The notes beneath the pieces were generated by a model. That model made no database searches and was not told the DNA's origin. It saw nothing but the letters and a program-made list of their open reading frames with translations. 64,000 nucleotides of DNA from Tubiluchus corallicola (taxonomy: Eukaryota > Animalia > Priapulida): NCBI GenBank assembly GCA_030141605.1, contig JAQGDQ010000099.1:513194-577193 (forward strand), read 5' to 3'. The position numbers and the translations under genes are program-made. Each line of letters opens with the position of its first letter. The stretch's first letter is position 1. Positions 29,201 to 42,800 of the stretch are shown piece after piece.

Positions 29201-30019
29201 ACGTGTATTGACGTTTTCAATTATTATTATTAAATAAACAAGGACAACAGGCGCTGCCAGTATGGTTAACGACTCAATTCGTGACCTGTCTCTAGTGTCC
29301 TACTTGGCCAGCCCATGTACGATGGGTCCTACTTTGGCTAGCCCATGTGTGCCAATTGTTCTACTTCAGCTAGTGTACTACTCCCCGCTCCCAACACTTA
29401 TCATTAATTAGCCCTGAAAAAGGAAAATATATTTCCAACTGGAGCTTACGGGATGTTAATGCTATAATGAATGTGCAATTAAATGTGATAGAAGTAAAAC
29501 CAAACTATAACTAGAATAAGTATGTTAATAACCTAGAATGCCAATTATGAATTGTAGAACAAGATACAATAGAGCATCTGTTTGAATGTGTCAAATTAAC
29601 TAAAATAAGAAAGTAGAATGTAACAAGCAGGGATGTATACAGCTTAAACAGTGAAGTATTGAACCAAGCCAGCACTTCAAACCAGCAGTGGCATATCGAA
29701 ATGATACGGGAGTAGAATGTTTGGAAGATGTAGAAGAATAGCAACGAATTTGAACTACAAACCAAAACATGAAAAAAATCAGTGAAGTGTGACTTCGCAG
29801 GGACGTTCAACAGGAACGAAGAGGGTCCACAATAAGCACTGGGAGTGATTCCATGTTGATTGTTGTAGCGAGGACCAAAACTTAACCATTGACAGTATCA
29901 AAGTTTACCTTTCCTGAAGCGGTACCACCAGCTACTCCAATAAAGAAAGGTTTATTTTCTCCAATTTCGCAATCAAGCCCATTAAGAAGAAAAACCACAT
30001 TTTTCTCGTTCGCGGCCAT
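23222..30019 (-). CDS. UCK: Uridine-cytidine kinase (UCK1/UCK2-like, ~259 aa)
   Basis: Exons 30019-29909, 27608-27461, 26971-26875, 25704-25556, 24163-24066 and 23398-23222 total 780 nt. Motifs: P-loop [68 protein letters not shown]. Confidence 0.94.
24299..24776. mobile_element. TTAA-flanked non-autonomous DNA transposon (Kolobok/piggyBac-like), copy 1
   Basis: TTAA|AGGGGAAGAAAA ... TTTTCTTGTGCT|TTAA. An inverted copy lies at 61206-61714 and a partial copy near 17845-18005. Confidence 0.75.
25850..26411. repeat. Interspersed repeat (homologous copy at ~4430-4890)
   Basis: Colinear similarity: AAATGCAATTTC..TGTTACATGCA..CACTAGTT..GTTGCACAAAAAAA.CAGGTG..GCCGTTAACTAAG..TTCAAAATG..TGTTTTCCT. 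AGGAAA...TTTCCT ends suggest a TIR element. Confidence 0.7.
28380..29770 (+). mobile_element. Decayed non-LTR retrotransposon 3' fragment, interrupted by a MITE
   Basis: The Lys-rich ORF 28415-28657 (..[19 protein letters not shown]) breaks at the MITE. Downstream of the MITE the sequence reads [18 protein letters not shown], a LINE C-terminal Cys/His motif. Confidence 0.6.
28657..29392. mobile_element. MITE with GGG...CCC termini, copy 2 (inverted relative to 12027-12771)
   Basis: Reverse-complement similarity along the whole length; TIR core CCACTAGCCGAAGTAGG. Confidence 0.82.
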
Positions 30020-30460
30020 TTCGCACACGTGACGTGTCTTTCAAGGAAAGTAAGTCACAAATTTGCACAAAAATAAAGTAAAACAAATGTAAATTTGTGA
30101 GACTAATTAGTTAACCATATTTATAATTTTTTAAAGAAAACAAACGTGCTTCGCTATTTCTTCTAAAAATGTGTTAAACTTTTTCTCACTTTTAAACAAA
30201 CTTGTTTTTCTGTTTTGAGAGACGGTGGTAAAAATTCGGAGGCTTATTTTCACTTTGCCAACATGTCAGCTGCCATGCTAATGTAATTTTCACATGAATT
30301 TACGAAATTGTCAAGGATATTGGTATATCAGGTGGATAAGTGGCACAAACCTATTCTTTTTATTGTTTGCCTTCTTGCTAGCAATGGCGCATAATAAGTA
30401 TAGTGCGACAGAAGAATTAAAGAACCTTGTTTATGTTAATCATACTGAGAATTTTGTAAG
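30020..30460. promoter_or_regulatory. Probable bidirectional promoter for UCK and SCYL3
   Basis: The divergent start codons are 815 bp apart (30019 and 30834). The SCYL3 ATG exon has an acceptor at 30768-30769, so its first exon lies in this gap. An overlapping E-box/CRE-like CACGTGACGTG sits at ~30026-30036. Confidence 0.55.
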
Positions 30461-30833
30461 GTAGATTTCGAGGATTAAATGTAACATGCAAATTTCAAAA
30501 GTTTGATGTTAAGTACAGATACAGTAAAACCATGTAATTAACACACATTCGCATCTCACATCAGTAAGCGAGAAGAATTCCCGAGTTTCCTTGAATCTAG
30601 GTCATCTCGTTTGCATTTCACATCATTGAAATTCACAAACATCGTAAGTCTGTTTATTCATTGTGTGGTAGCTACTTCTTTACTTCATACCGGTATCATA
30701 ACATATGATGTTCTAGATATAAATAAATTGCTTAACTATTTGAATATTGTTTGTTCACCTATATTGCAGATTGGTCGAGAAACTTGTGTCAATTTTTGGT
30801 TTCTGCGATGCTTAATCATAATGACAATTTATA

Positions 30834-33800
30834 ATGGGTAACGAGTACAGCATTTCTGAAGATTGTGAGCTATTTGAACCATACAAAACGCCAAATTCTA
30901 ATTTCTGGACACTATATCCAGCTGTTCAGAAGAAAGACGGATCTCGGGTGTCGGTTTTTATACGACAAAAATTAGACGAGGAGGAAGAGGAGCATCATCG
31001 AGCAAATTTTGCAGAAAATGCAGCAAAAGTAAGCTGAGACCATTTAAAATTTTTTTGGTGTAATGTACCTTATATCACACAGGTTTTGTCTTATAATTTT
31101 GTGTTCACTGTTTAATGTGATACTGTATTAGAATATATCACTCTCTATGGTTAGTAAATACACTAGTAAAAATACTAGGCAGCCCGGACAAATCATTTAC
31201 ATTTACTGACTTGTAGAAAAAAGGGCTGCAAGTCCATTTAAAACCTTGAATCCAGTCACTCTGACCTGTCTGACCTCTCTGCCAGTTCAAAGGCAAATTT
31301 GAACCTAAGCTTGTCAAACTTGAACATGAAAAAAAGAGGATGGAAGCAGAAAACATTGAAGCACACTAAGTTTGTTTCTATAGCTTAAAGTATGCGTCAT
31401 AGTAAGAACTGCAAAGGCTACAAGAGCTTTATATGTTAGGTTTACGCTTGTGCTCCATTTTTCATAATTAACTCTATGCTCTTATTTGCTCGATGATGTT
31501 GCGCTTATGAAGTTACAAGGAATAAAAGTTTAATGTTGTTCACCATCGCTGCATAGGTGGCAATAGAGCAACAGCCAACTGATTAAATGTTCTGTCAGTA
31601 GTAGCAAGAGCTGCAAGAGGAAACCACTAGGCAGATGACTAAAAGTTTAGCTTTCTTAAATTCTTGGGTTCATTGCAGCTGATGAGTAGGTGACAGATTC
31701 AAAGCGTGATAAACCTGCTTAACGGTAGCTTCTGCATGCATCGTAGTGTACAAAAACAAGGTAAAGTTGGCATAAATGTAGGAAAAGCTCTTTGGTCACG
31801 CACAATAGTTCTATTTTAAAGATGTGAAGCAAAAATATTGAGTCAATTGTGCAGAGTTATTTCAGCCAATTGCTGATAGTTTTTGTGTACATATGAATGG
31901 GAGCGTCCCATACCAGATGTTTTTGTGTCAATTAGACAACTAATTATACTTAACGTGAGCCTAATGGTGTGTTCAGACTAGTGAGTTTTCTTTCAGAAAG
32001 TAAACTCGCAAGTATGAACCGCCTTGTGAGTTCTGTTAGCAAGTTTTTGCAAACTCTGTGAGAATTGCTGTGAGTTCTCTCTGACAGTAAGCATGAGTTG
32101 ACACTCAGCTAAACTCTAGAAAGTTCTCGCAAAGCCGTTCAAACTTGTGAGTTTACTCTCGGAGAGAATTCGCAAGAGAATGCTCACTAGTCTGAATGTG
32201 TTGTAATAAATTAATGTTTTTTGTGACATAATTATTTTTTATATTACTCGAAAATAAGGTGGTATGCAATAATCTATGCTTGCGCTTTTATCCACAATAA
32301 TTATATATGGATGTACATTTAAAAGTTTCTAACTTCTTCAACATGTATTCATCATTTCTCAGCTCTTATGTTATTAATGTATGAGTCTCTGAAAACATTA
32401 GTTGCTTTCTCTCCTAAAAGAACTGCCATGTATATTAAAGCATATATATGAAAATCTGTTGCCTTATTTCAGCAACTTCGGACATTGCGTCATCCATCCA
32501 TTCTCAAGTTCTTGGCATCTTGTGAAAATGTCGATGAGACTTATTTAATTACCGAGCCAGTGAAGCCATTGGAAGTCATCCTCGATGATTTATCCGGGCT
32601 TGAAACGTGCGCAGGATTGTACAATGTACTGGAAGCCTTATGTTTTCTACACGAGAGGGTAAATAGACACACTCATTTCAACATGTGAGTTGTAAGTAGC
32701 CATAGAAGCTGCGGTAAGGGTGTTCTAGAAGTGCACTGTAAGCTTGATTTCATTATGGATCTGTGTCAGCAATCCAGAAGCTTATGCAATTCTTGTATTT
32801 TAACGTTTTTCACTGATGTATAATTATTAGCTAATTATTATTAAAATTTTCAAGTTTTGACAAATTAGCTAATAATTATTTCTCCCATTTAATGCATAAT
32901 CTAAGCTTTTGGCAAAAAGGTCAGTCTTAATCCTGTCGTATTGTAGGTGTCTTAACACTTGCTTCAGTCCTCATTTGCACATACATGTAAATATCAATTA
33001 ATTTGCAATGCATACATAATGAGTCATTACTAGTTTGCACCAAAGCTCATGATTTCACTTTTTGTTGCACCAGTTATAACTACCTAAAGAATTTCCAGAC
33101 TGCAGTGCTTCTTGTTTATAGCTGATAAAATGTACTTTCAAGTTGTAGAACTCACCATCGCTGGCCCAGCAAATGGACAAGTTTTTGTTTTTGCATCTGT
33201 GAATAAAAGTGCTATCAAATTGGGAAGTTTGGCTGACAACATTAGTCATTTTAGCTAACTTTTGCACTTAAGTAAATTTGTACAGGCACATCACTTACAG
33301 ACAGTACAGGGATCAGGAATGCAAGCATTAATAGTGTTGCAGTGTATCTAAATGCTTATAAAAGTACTTCTAACTAAGTAGTAAGATAGAGAAGTAAAAT
33401 GGAATTCTATTTTTACGAAAAAGAAGAACACATTTACTCGGCCACAGTGGTGGGGCAGAGGGGTTGATCCACTGAGGCACTTTGACCAGTGCACAGAAAA
33501 TTAGTTTTTTTATAACTATAGAAAGACAGAAATGACACGTGTAGCTTCCTCTGCCGGAGGAAGCTGATAGTTAGTAATTTGTAATCTTTACGTAGTTTTC
33601 TTTGTTTTTAAAATTTCTGTGCAGTACACGTCTTGAGTTACCTGTGAAGTACATTTATAATCCTGTTCTTTCCTATTTTAACATTTGAAGCAGCTTCTGA
33701 TTGGGCTTATGTAGTGCTCGAAGCATGAAAGGAGAATTTATTTCTTCACAAACAATTTTTTTGATCAGTTTATCTCCACAACTGCAATGCTATGCTGCTA

Positions 33801-36800
33801 AATTTTACATATCTAAAATCACAAGGACATTGCTATGTTCATTTTTTGTGTGTGGTGTGTGTGGGGAGGTCTTACTCTAAGATCATCCAGAGTAAATGAT
33901 GTCAACGATGGCTGAGTAATAAATCGATAGACTACTGTGTTAGTGTGTAAGGTACGTTCAAGTGCCTGGGCCGAGTATATTATACCTACCTGATGTATAT
34001 GTGTGTGTGGTTGTGTGTGTGTGCTTGCGTGCGTGCATGTGTGTATATATTCATGTTGAGGGCATTACTAAAATAGATTACAGTAATATTTGTTAATTTT
34101 GTGAAGTAATGTCAAGATGCGAACATTCTCTGATGTGAAGTATCACACTATGAGTGTTCATTCAGTCCAGCGTAGGATTATTTCTTTACATATTCGTATT
34201 GTAGACGACTCTTTAGTGACATCTCCCAAAAACATATCTTAAGTATAAGTCAACCCCAAAAATTTCACCTTAAAATCGCCTCCCAAAAATTCGACTTGTA
34301 CATAAGTATACACAGTATTTCCATTTTCTTCTTTACCATTATCTTCTTTGTTTCTGTCTTTCCTACATTTTGCTTTTTATTCATTGTTTTTTCACTTTTG
34401 TGTTTTTGCATGTTCCCAAGATAATGGCCTGATGTTGTGCTATTTTTTTTTGTAGGGAGGCACGTCTCATAACAATGTTTGTTTGTCCTCTGTCTATGCT
34501 ACGAACGATGGAAGTTGGAAACTTGCTGGAATGGACTTTGCCTGCAAGTTCAAACATGCAACGCCGACGTTCCTCGGCAAAAGCCGGTCATTTAGGGATC
34601 CGCAATGCATTCCTCCCGAAGAGAATGTGGGTATCAGTAATGGTTATCTGGTTCTAGTAACATGTAATGATTCATTTCTCAGTCGTGCAGTGATGTAGAA
34701 AGTGCTTGTGGCACAAAAAACTTCTAACCTACCCTTTTAATGTTTTGTTCATTTGTTTCCTAGGTGAAACTACAAATTGTGCTAATTTTTGCATCCCTGA
34801 GCCGTTCACTTTTTCGACATGATTGCTTAAAATTAAACAAATTTTCTTTAAAAATCATCTGAGTTTGATTTACAGTACTGCACCAGAATAAGTCTTTCTT
34901 ATGCATTAGTTGATCGTAATACGGCAGTTCTTAAACATTAAGTTTGAGCATTAAAACATGCAAAGATTACAAAGAATACAGAACACAACAGGTCTCTCAA
35001 TAATTAATACAGTCGGCATTAAGAGAATAATGCCACTGTTTTTCCCAAAATGTAAGCCTCGTGCCACTCTACACACCAGTAAAGTAACAACATTAGCCCT
35101 TTCTGCTAGGCTGTATCGTGCATAGTAATTAAGTCAGTTACATTGATTTCTGACTAGGCAGTTTTGTTGTAGTTTGAACACTTTTGTTAATTGCTAATGT
35201 CGGATTAGTAATTAATCACTAATAGTCATAGTCATTTAGCTCTAAAAGAATTTTGCGCCCTCTCATCCTTGCGTCCGGGGACGATTGCCCCCTGTCACCC
35301 CCTTTGCTAAGCCTCTGCAATCTTGCATTGACTGCATTTATTGCTCATTGAATTTTAGTAATGCTTGAATAGCGTAATGTATGATAGGTATTTTTCTCAT
35401 GATCAATGCCTCTAATGTTACACAGCCAGAGAGACCACTATGGGTAGAGGATTTTCTGTGATTGTCTTCTATATATAGTCTCAGATGAACACTTCCAGAA
35501 CCTGGATTAATTTTGTACAGGACATACAACTGCCATGATCTTTTTGCTACACTCTGCACAGCACAATTCTAACCAAGCACTTTTCATTGCATGCGGGCCG
35601 AAAGTGTGTTTTTAATAATACAGATGAAAAATAAGTCTGCACATCTACACGTAGTTTAAACAGAGATCTTGGAAACAGCAGTATATCTTGGAAATCTTGT
35701 CTGCTTTCAGGCTGGAAAAGTGGAAACGTCAGCAGAGTATGGTCATGCTAGGGACGCTTATGCATTTGGAGTTCTCTGCTCTGTGTTGATGGATCAACAG
35801 AGTGAATTATCAGATATGAGCACCACTTTTCGGAATACGATAGAAAGAGAACTTCTCAATTCCGATCTGCGATTGCGGCCGAAACTTCGTAAACTGAAGA
35901 GTGACAACTTATTCAAGTAAGTAAATGGGCGGAAAATTTTGAAAAGTTAGACAAGATAAATATTACCTCTTCAGAAGCATTTTATTTCTGATGATAAACA
36001 TATACTGTTGAAAGAGCCATTTTTCTGTAATTTGTTTTTTCTTTAAATATGGTTGTTTATATATACTGAAAGAATTACTTGAAATACTTTCCCAACTAAC
36101 GATATGATTAATTAATTGTGACTGTAATTGCTAGGGAGTACTAGTACAGGAGTACTAATCCAAGTCTCTTGTCCAAATCCCGAATTTTTCAGCACCTCCT
36201 TTCTTTCTCCAACTCATTACCCATGATAGGTAATAATTGGTAAAATAAATCGCAGTAGTTCACAAAAATTCTGGCAATCACAGTCATAATTAATTAATGA
36301 TTACTTGAAATAATTTAGCTAGTGTGAATAAACCCACCAGCTCTCTGAAAAAAATGTCACTCGGCTATCTTAGATGTGTCATAACACTTCACTTTGAAAC
36401 CATCAATTTCTCGTTTTTCTTTTCGTATGCTTGGTCAATTTCTTTCCACATCAGCTATGTTAAAGGAAGACAGGATGATTTTTTATATACTACCCCTTTT
36501 TCAAGTATTGTAAAAAGTATACATTTTAATACCAATAATACTGAAAAAGCATTTCTGACAGTTAAATAATAGTCATAATTAATTAATCTTAATTAATGGC
36601 GGGCAAGCCCAACTATTGATGACATCACAAATGAACATAATTTTCAACAGCGTAAATAATCCACGAGTGTGTTGCACGTGTTTGTGAAAGAGAAAATTGA
36701 AGTACTGTGCTTCTGTAAGAGATTCTGTGTGTTGTAATAAAACTCGGGAAGTTTTAAGATAAAAAGTCAAATTTCACGTAAGTCACTTTTGAAATAATAG

Positions 36801-39800
36801 TATGTTTCCTTTCAGTATTTTAAAGGGTAGATTGTTTTGACCTACAGTTTAAGATTGTGTCTGGTTTCGCTTTAACCATAGTATGAGATTAAAGCATAAT
36901 CGTGTACATTTGTAATCTATTGCTGATAACAATGTGCAGTGGATGAGAGCTTGACGAGCAAGTGCGGATGGTCAGTTTCAGAACGTGACGTCATTACCAC
37001 CAATTTAAAATCGCGACAATTTGTATTGCTTATAATTTTATAGTTGCTCAGAATTTTGCCACTCGACGTGAAATGTGCTCTGGTATTGTCCTATAAAAGT
37101 TTATTGTGATCTGTTTCCAAACTACTGAGCTTGAGGGTTTTTTAAATATGCTGTCACTAACTCACTGCGAAGCATTAATGGATTCAAATGTTTATACCTA
37201 CGAACATGAATATAAATACAATTGCTGGTTTCATGGATGATAGTACAGCATTTCTTTATTAAAATGAAAATCCAAATTTCAACAAGAAAATAGATACTTT
37301 AAAGCCCATTCAGACTTCCATCTTCAGTGTTTAAACAATCTATTGAAATAGCAATATTCAAAGTCTAAGTTACTTAAAACTTAAATATTGCTGTTTTAAA
37401 AGCATATGTAAACAGCGAAGAAGAATAAAGTTTTTAAATTCTTTATAACAAGAACAATATTTGTTTCATAAACAACACACTTTGTTGTTAATAATAGTTT
37501 TAAATCATGATGATAACTGCTTGTGTGTAGCAGAAACATTGGATTTTTCTTATTTAATGGTGGTTTGTTTGTGAAACTGAAGAAGAATTCTGAAATGTAC
37601 TTCGAAATATCTATTTTTTGTGTTGAATATAGAATTTAGTTCAATAGAAAAACGGAACAATCATACTTGAATCGATCAATTATTTATAATAACTCACTGC
37701 TTCTATTTGTGATTTTGATTCAAATTTGATTTAGTAAGACTATTAAAAACATACCTAGCATCATTTTGTAAATCATATTTACGGTGTGTTTCAAAATGAT
37801 AGAACTTAAAGTTTACTTTGAAATTCTCATTCCATGATCAATTTTATCAAATTTCATAATGATCAGGCATGAAAACAGATTAAAAAGTATTAGCATTAAA
37901 TTTTTGGGTGCCTCTGTAGAATATGAATAACACAATGAATATCGTGAAGTAGCTATTACATTGCCAATGCCTAAACATAAATTCTGCAGGATCTATACAA
38001 TAATAGCGCAATCATGACAAAATAGCCATTAATGAATCAATAATTAAGGAATGGTTTAATAATGTTTTCTATGATTGAATGAAAGTTGACTGCGAAAAAC
38101 AGTATATGTAATTGTGTTTTCCAGGAATGAATTTCTTGAAATCATCAACTTTTTGTCTCAGATAACGCTGAAGACTACTGAAGAAAAAGAGCAGTTTTTC
38201 AGGTATGCATACTTTGACAATACTTAGATGTTATAAACAACAATTGCTCTTTTTTACTTCATTTCCGAAATCCTGCTAGATTCTTATTCTAGTCTCGTAT
38301 TCGTAGTAATTGTGGAGGAAACTTGCCCTCTTTGGTAAGAAGAAGCACTTGTATATGGTAACTAGGAAAAAAGCTCATATGTCACTTTCAGCATGAACTA
38401 TTTGATGGCAAAAGATGTTCACGTTTTACGTTGTTCAGCTAATGTACCTGTTAAAATAAGTGTGTGTCCCTTGTAAAATCAAATATGTTTTTATACAGGA
38501 CACTTGTTCCAAAGTTGCTTCAGCTTCCCGCTGAGTTGGTTGCTATGAGATTGACACATCGCTTCCTGGTGAGATTCGTCGTCTTGGATATGGCAGCTCG
38601 TGATCATCTTTTTGCTCATTTACTTACGCCTTGCTACGGTATGTCGTTTGAATAACACTACAGTACATTTTTATTATGTTCTATATGTATGTTATATAAA
38701 GTTGTGGCACGTTCATACTTACGAATGCATGAATGGGCAACTGGCTTGCTCTCTGTTATTTGTCTGAGTTTTACAAACCTGCAAACCATCCCACCGACCC
38801 CGATCAATTGATACTGATACAGTACAACTCAGAACTAGTCTTGTTTTAGCTGGAGATAGATCTTTTTCCAGTGCTGCCCCTCGCTTATGGAATGTGCTTT
38901 CAGTTGAGGTCAAAAACTCCCGACATATTGCCGCTTTTAAATGTGAAATTAAAACACTTTTATTCTTAGAAGCTTTTTAACTTTTATTATTTTAATCTGT
39001 GTCTGTATAACTCAGTAAAGTTAGTCTTCTAAGTGTTTGCATAACTGTGTGTTCTTTAAAATATGGTTCGTAGATTTTTTGTGACTTAGATGTTTGTATG
39101 CCAGAGAGTATTTTTATATGGATTTTAGGCAATAAAATTATTATATTATATTATTATGTTCTATATGTGCTTTATATACAGCTGTGGTGTGGTTTATAGA
39201 GCTTTGCATCATTGCGTATGTTAATTATTGAGCTGGAAGGACAAGTTTACGCACACCCATACTCTTGTCTCCACTGAACTGTAATTTTGATTACTGCACT
39301 ATTTCTGCATTACGTAACTTAGAAATAAGCTGTTCGTGATTTAACATAGAGTTTGTTGATTTTTGGTAACTCGTTTTTGCATAATTAACATTTGACGATG
39401 TTTGCCTGTTCCTGTTTTCGAGGAAAGTTCCCATGTTCCAAGCTCTTTGATGCAATAAAGATGACTAATGACGTACCTGACTTCCTAGTGAATTTGTATT
39501 ACTCGGTGCAGCGAGCTAACAGTGCAATTATTGTTTTTTCTGCCATATGGCAGCAGTGATGGCGGGTTGTTTTTATCGGAACAATGATACATAGTTTTTT
39601 TTGTCTCTGTAAGTGAGCAGATGGCATTCAGCCTGTGGTGATTACAGTGTATGTCGAATAATTGAATAGTAAAAAATTCAAAACTTTGAATAATTGTGCA
39701 CATCCCCAAAAGCATCACTGATCAGGAGTGATTACTTTTCAGGCTTGCTTGTTTGTCATTCAATGTGATTTAAATCATGAGTCTGTTCATTTCACGGGCT

Positions 39801-42800
39801 GTAAATCTGAAGTTTTCTTTCTCGACCTACCGTGCGACATTATCAGACATCGTGTGTTATTGTTGACTGACCGTGCCTGTATTCTTCACTGTTTGTCATT
39901 ATGGTTGTCACATTTACATGTGCAAATTGGGGGCATTTAGTTTGGTCACTGTAATTGTCCAGTGTTTTTGTGATCTCTAAACCATTTCCCTTTTTTTTCC
40001 AATGTTAAGTGATACAAAATGCCGTGGTCAACTGTGATTTTAATATGTTGTCATATTTCTTGACTAAATTTCGCTGAAGCTAAGCAATCAGTCCAACAAC
40101 AGAAATTAAAGTTCAGCACAAGATGAATTTCAAGCTAAATTGTACTGGTAAAAATAGCTATCAGTGTGTTATTTTGGTATGTATTTTATAATAAACCCAT
40201 GATATACTTACTACACGTTATTGCAGTAAATGTTTTTCAGTAATTCAGATTTTTTTTATCCAAAATGGCTAAAAATTTGCCCAAAATGCTGCTCAATATT
40301 GACAAAATAGATTACACTTTTTTCTGGCTTTTGTAGGAACTGAGCAGCAGAGTTACACTTCAGGGCGTATTAACCCTTTGCTTCCCACAGAGTTGTACAA
40401 GAAATATGTCATTCCATATCTGATAAAAATATTCCATGTTCGTGAAACACACGTCAGGTTGTTGCTGCTGAAGCATTTTTCAAGTTATGCTCGACTGTTT
40501 CCCAAACCGGTGCTCAGTGACATCATTCTTCCACAGGTACAGTAATTAATTTATAATGGTCAAAATACTTCAAGTTATCACTTATGTAGGATAATGTAGG
40601 TTGTTTAAAAGTGTACATATATTAAGCAATATGCTGTGTAACATGGTATACTCTTAATACATGTAACATAGCTCTTAAATTTGATACTAAATTTAACTCT
40701 TATGAGTCTGCATTTTGAGTTTTCAGTTTTCCATGGGAACTGAATTTCTTCGGTCTTCCAGAAAATCACACCGACTGTTTGGAATGCTGTACCATTTTAT
40801 CTAAGACATGGGGAGCTTTGGCACTATGTTTACAATAGTTTTATACGAAAATCTTCAAGTGTAGTACAATGTACAAAACCCAAATTGTACATTTTTTATA
40901 AACACAAAACATAAAAAACAATATGAACATAAAACTATATGGTACAGTGAAATAGCCGTAATATTATTTTCAAGGGACCAAAATATTTTTTGTCTCTTAA
41001 GGGTCGCGTAAGAGTAAACAAGGTTAGAGTTTTATTCTGTCGATCTTTATCAGATTAGCATAGACCATAGGATGATAACCCTGTTTTTTTTACACACACA
41101 TTTGATATAGTTGACATTTGAAACCATTTGTCTAAGTCTGATGCTCATTGCAGATGCTGGTTGGATTGAAGGATGTTAATGAAGAAATTGTTGCATCAAG
41201 TTTGCGAGGTTTAGCTGATCTTGTGCCTCTGCTCGGTGCTGAAGCTGTGATAGGTGGTAACCAGGGACAATATTTCTTTGAAGGACAACCAAAGGTATGC
41301 CTTAACCAATAAAAAAATCTACTACTTAGTGACGTCAGTGCTTAGTGTAAACTTACGTATTCTTAAGGAAACAAATTTCGTACTAAGCATATTTTAAGGT
41401 TGTAACACAAATCTTTTGTGCACGCATATTGCAATCTTAAATTTACATCAAATTTAACTATTTTGCAAGATTCTTCAAATCTGTATAAATTTAATGTTTG
41501 CGTTTTATGGAAGTTTGGCAGATCAGTTTTTGCTATACTTAGAAAAACGTTACGCATGCAAGACTATTACAGCCCAAATATTTCACAAAACTTCGTAAAT
41601 ATCAAATTGCTACAGGCATCCAAAATTATAATTAATTAAATTATAATGCAAATTTTCCCAAATTTTCAAAGACGCTCTAAAGTATAGTATCCAGATTTTG
41701 CTGGTTATAAATGAAACATTCCACTTGACTTTGTAAGCATGGTATATTTACAGCTTCATATTATTTTCTTTTTTTTGTACAAATTGATCGATGACCCACT
41801 CGTTACGTGACTTTACCATTTGCTTATTTGGAATACAGCACTGTGTATAGATTGTCAAAAAACAAGATTTTGCTTGTAAATAATTGATAGTAGTTTATTT
41901 CTTGTTTAGGATTTGTCAGTACGATTATCATCCAGGATGTCAGACATTGCAAAACACAAACAAGGAATAATCACCACAAATTTTCACAATTCCAATTCTG
42001 TAAATCAAGTAAATGGAGAGTTGTAAGTGTTTCTTTTGCAGTATACCGTGTCTAGTAATACAGTTAATTTTTTTTATTTTTTATCTTCATCACAAACTAA
42101 TGCAAAAAAAATAGAAATACACAACAATAACACAAATAACAATTAACGATATAAGAAACGTCACGTTCTTGGAATATTTGTGACTATAAGGTGGGTAAGC
42201 AAATAAATGGTTTGTGTTGGCAGGTAATTAGCATACGTGACTCAAGCACGGGGGGGGGGGGGGTAAGCATCTTACATTCGAGTTTGAACTCATTCGCACA
42301 AGTTTTTTCAATTCGAATTTGATTCAGGTCTAAAACTGTGGATTGGAACTATTCATCACTTCAGAATTATTCAATCTTTGTCATAGAAATGTTGGAAGCA
42401 TCATGCAAACAATGTAGTTTAGTTGTGATCATTGTGCACAATTTTTTTAACAATGCGTTATTGTTCTTGCAGTAGAACAAAAGCAAATAGTAGACATGAT
42501 TCTTGCTAGGCTTCTGTAATTATTGATTGAAAATTTATTCGAAAGGTCTGTGGAATCGAATCGAAAGCCAAAAATTCAATTCCAATTTGATTTCTGCTAG
42601 TGCATGCTCATTGCTAATAAGTGATGAGAACATAGATTTTCTGGTGATTCTAATGTGATGGAAAAGCTAGACCACAAGATTGTATGGGCTGTTTTCAAAA
42701 AGTGAAACACCAGATTCTGTGAACTGTTCTCAAAAAGTGAACCACCAGATTCTGTGGACTATTTTCAAAGAGTGGACCATCAGATTCTATGGACTGTTTT

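Noticed and set aside
33900-33990. tRNA-like A/B-box sequences (also near 9745-9830 and 23740-23765)
   Set aside because: No complete cloverleaf can be folded. These are more likely decayed SINE heads, and the boundaries are not supportable.
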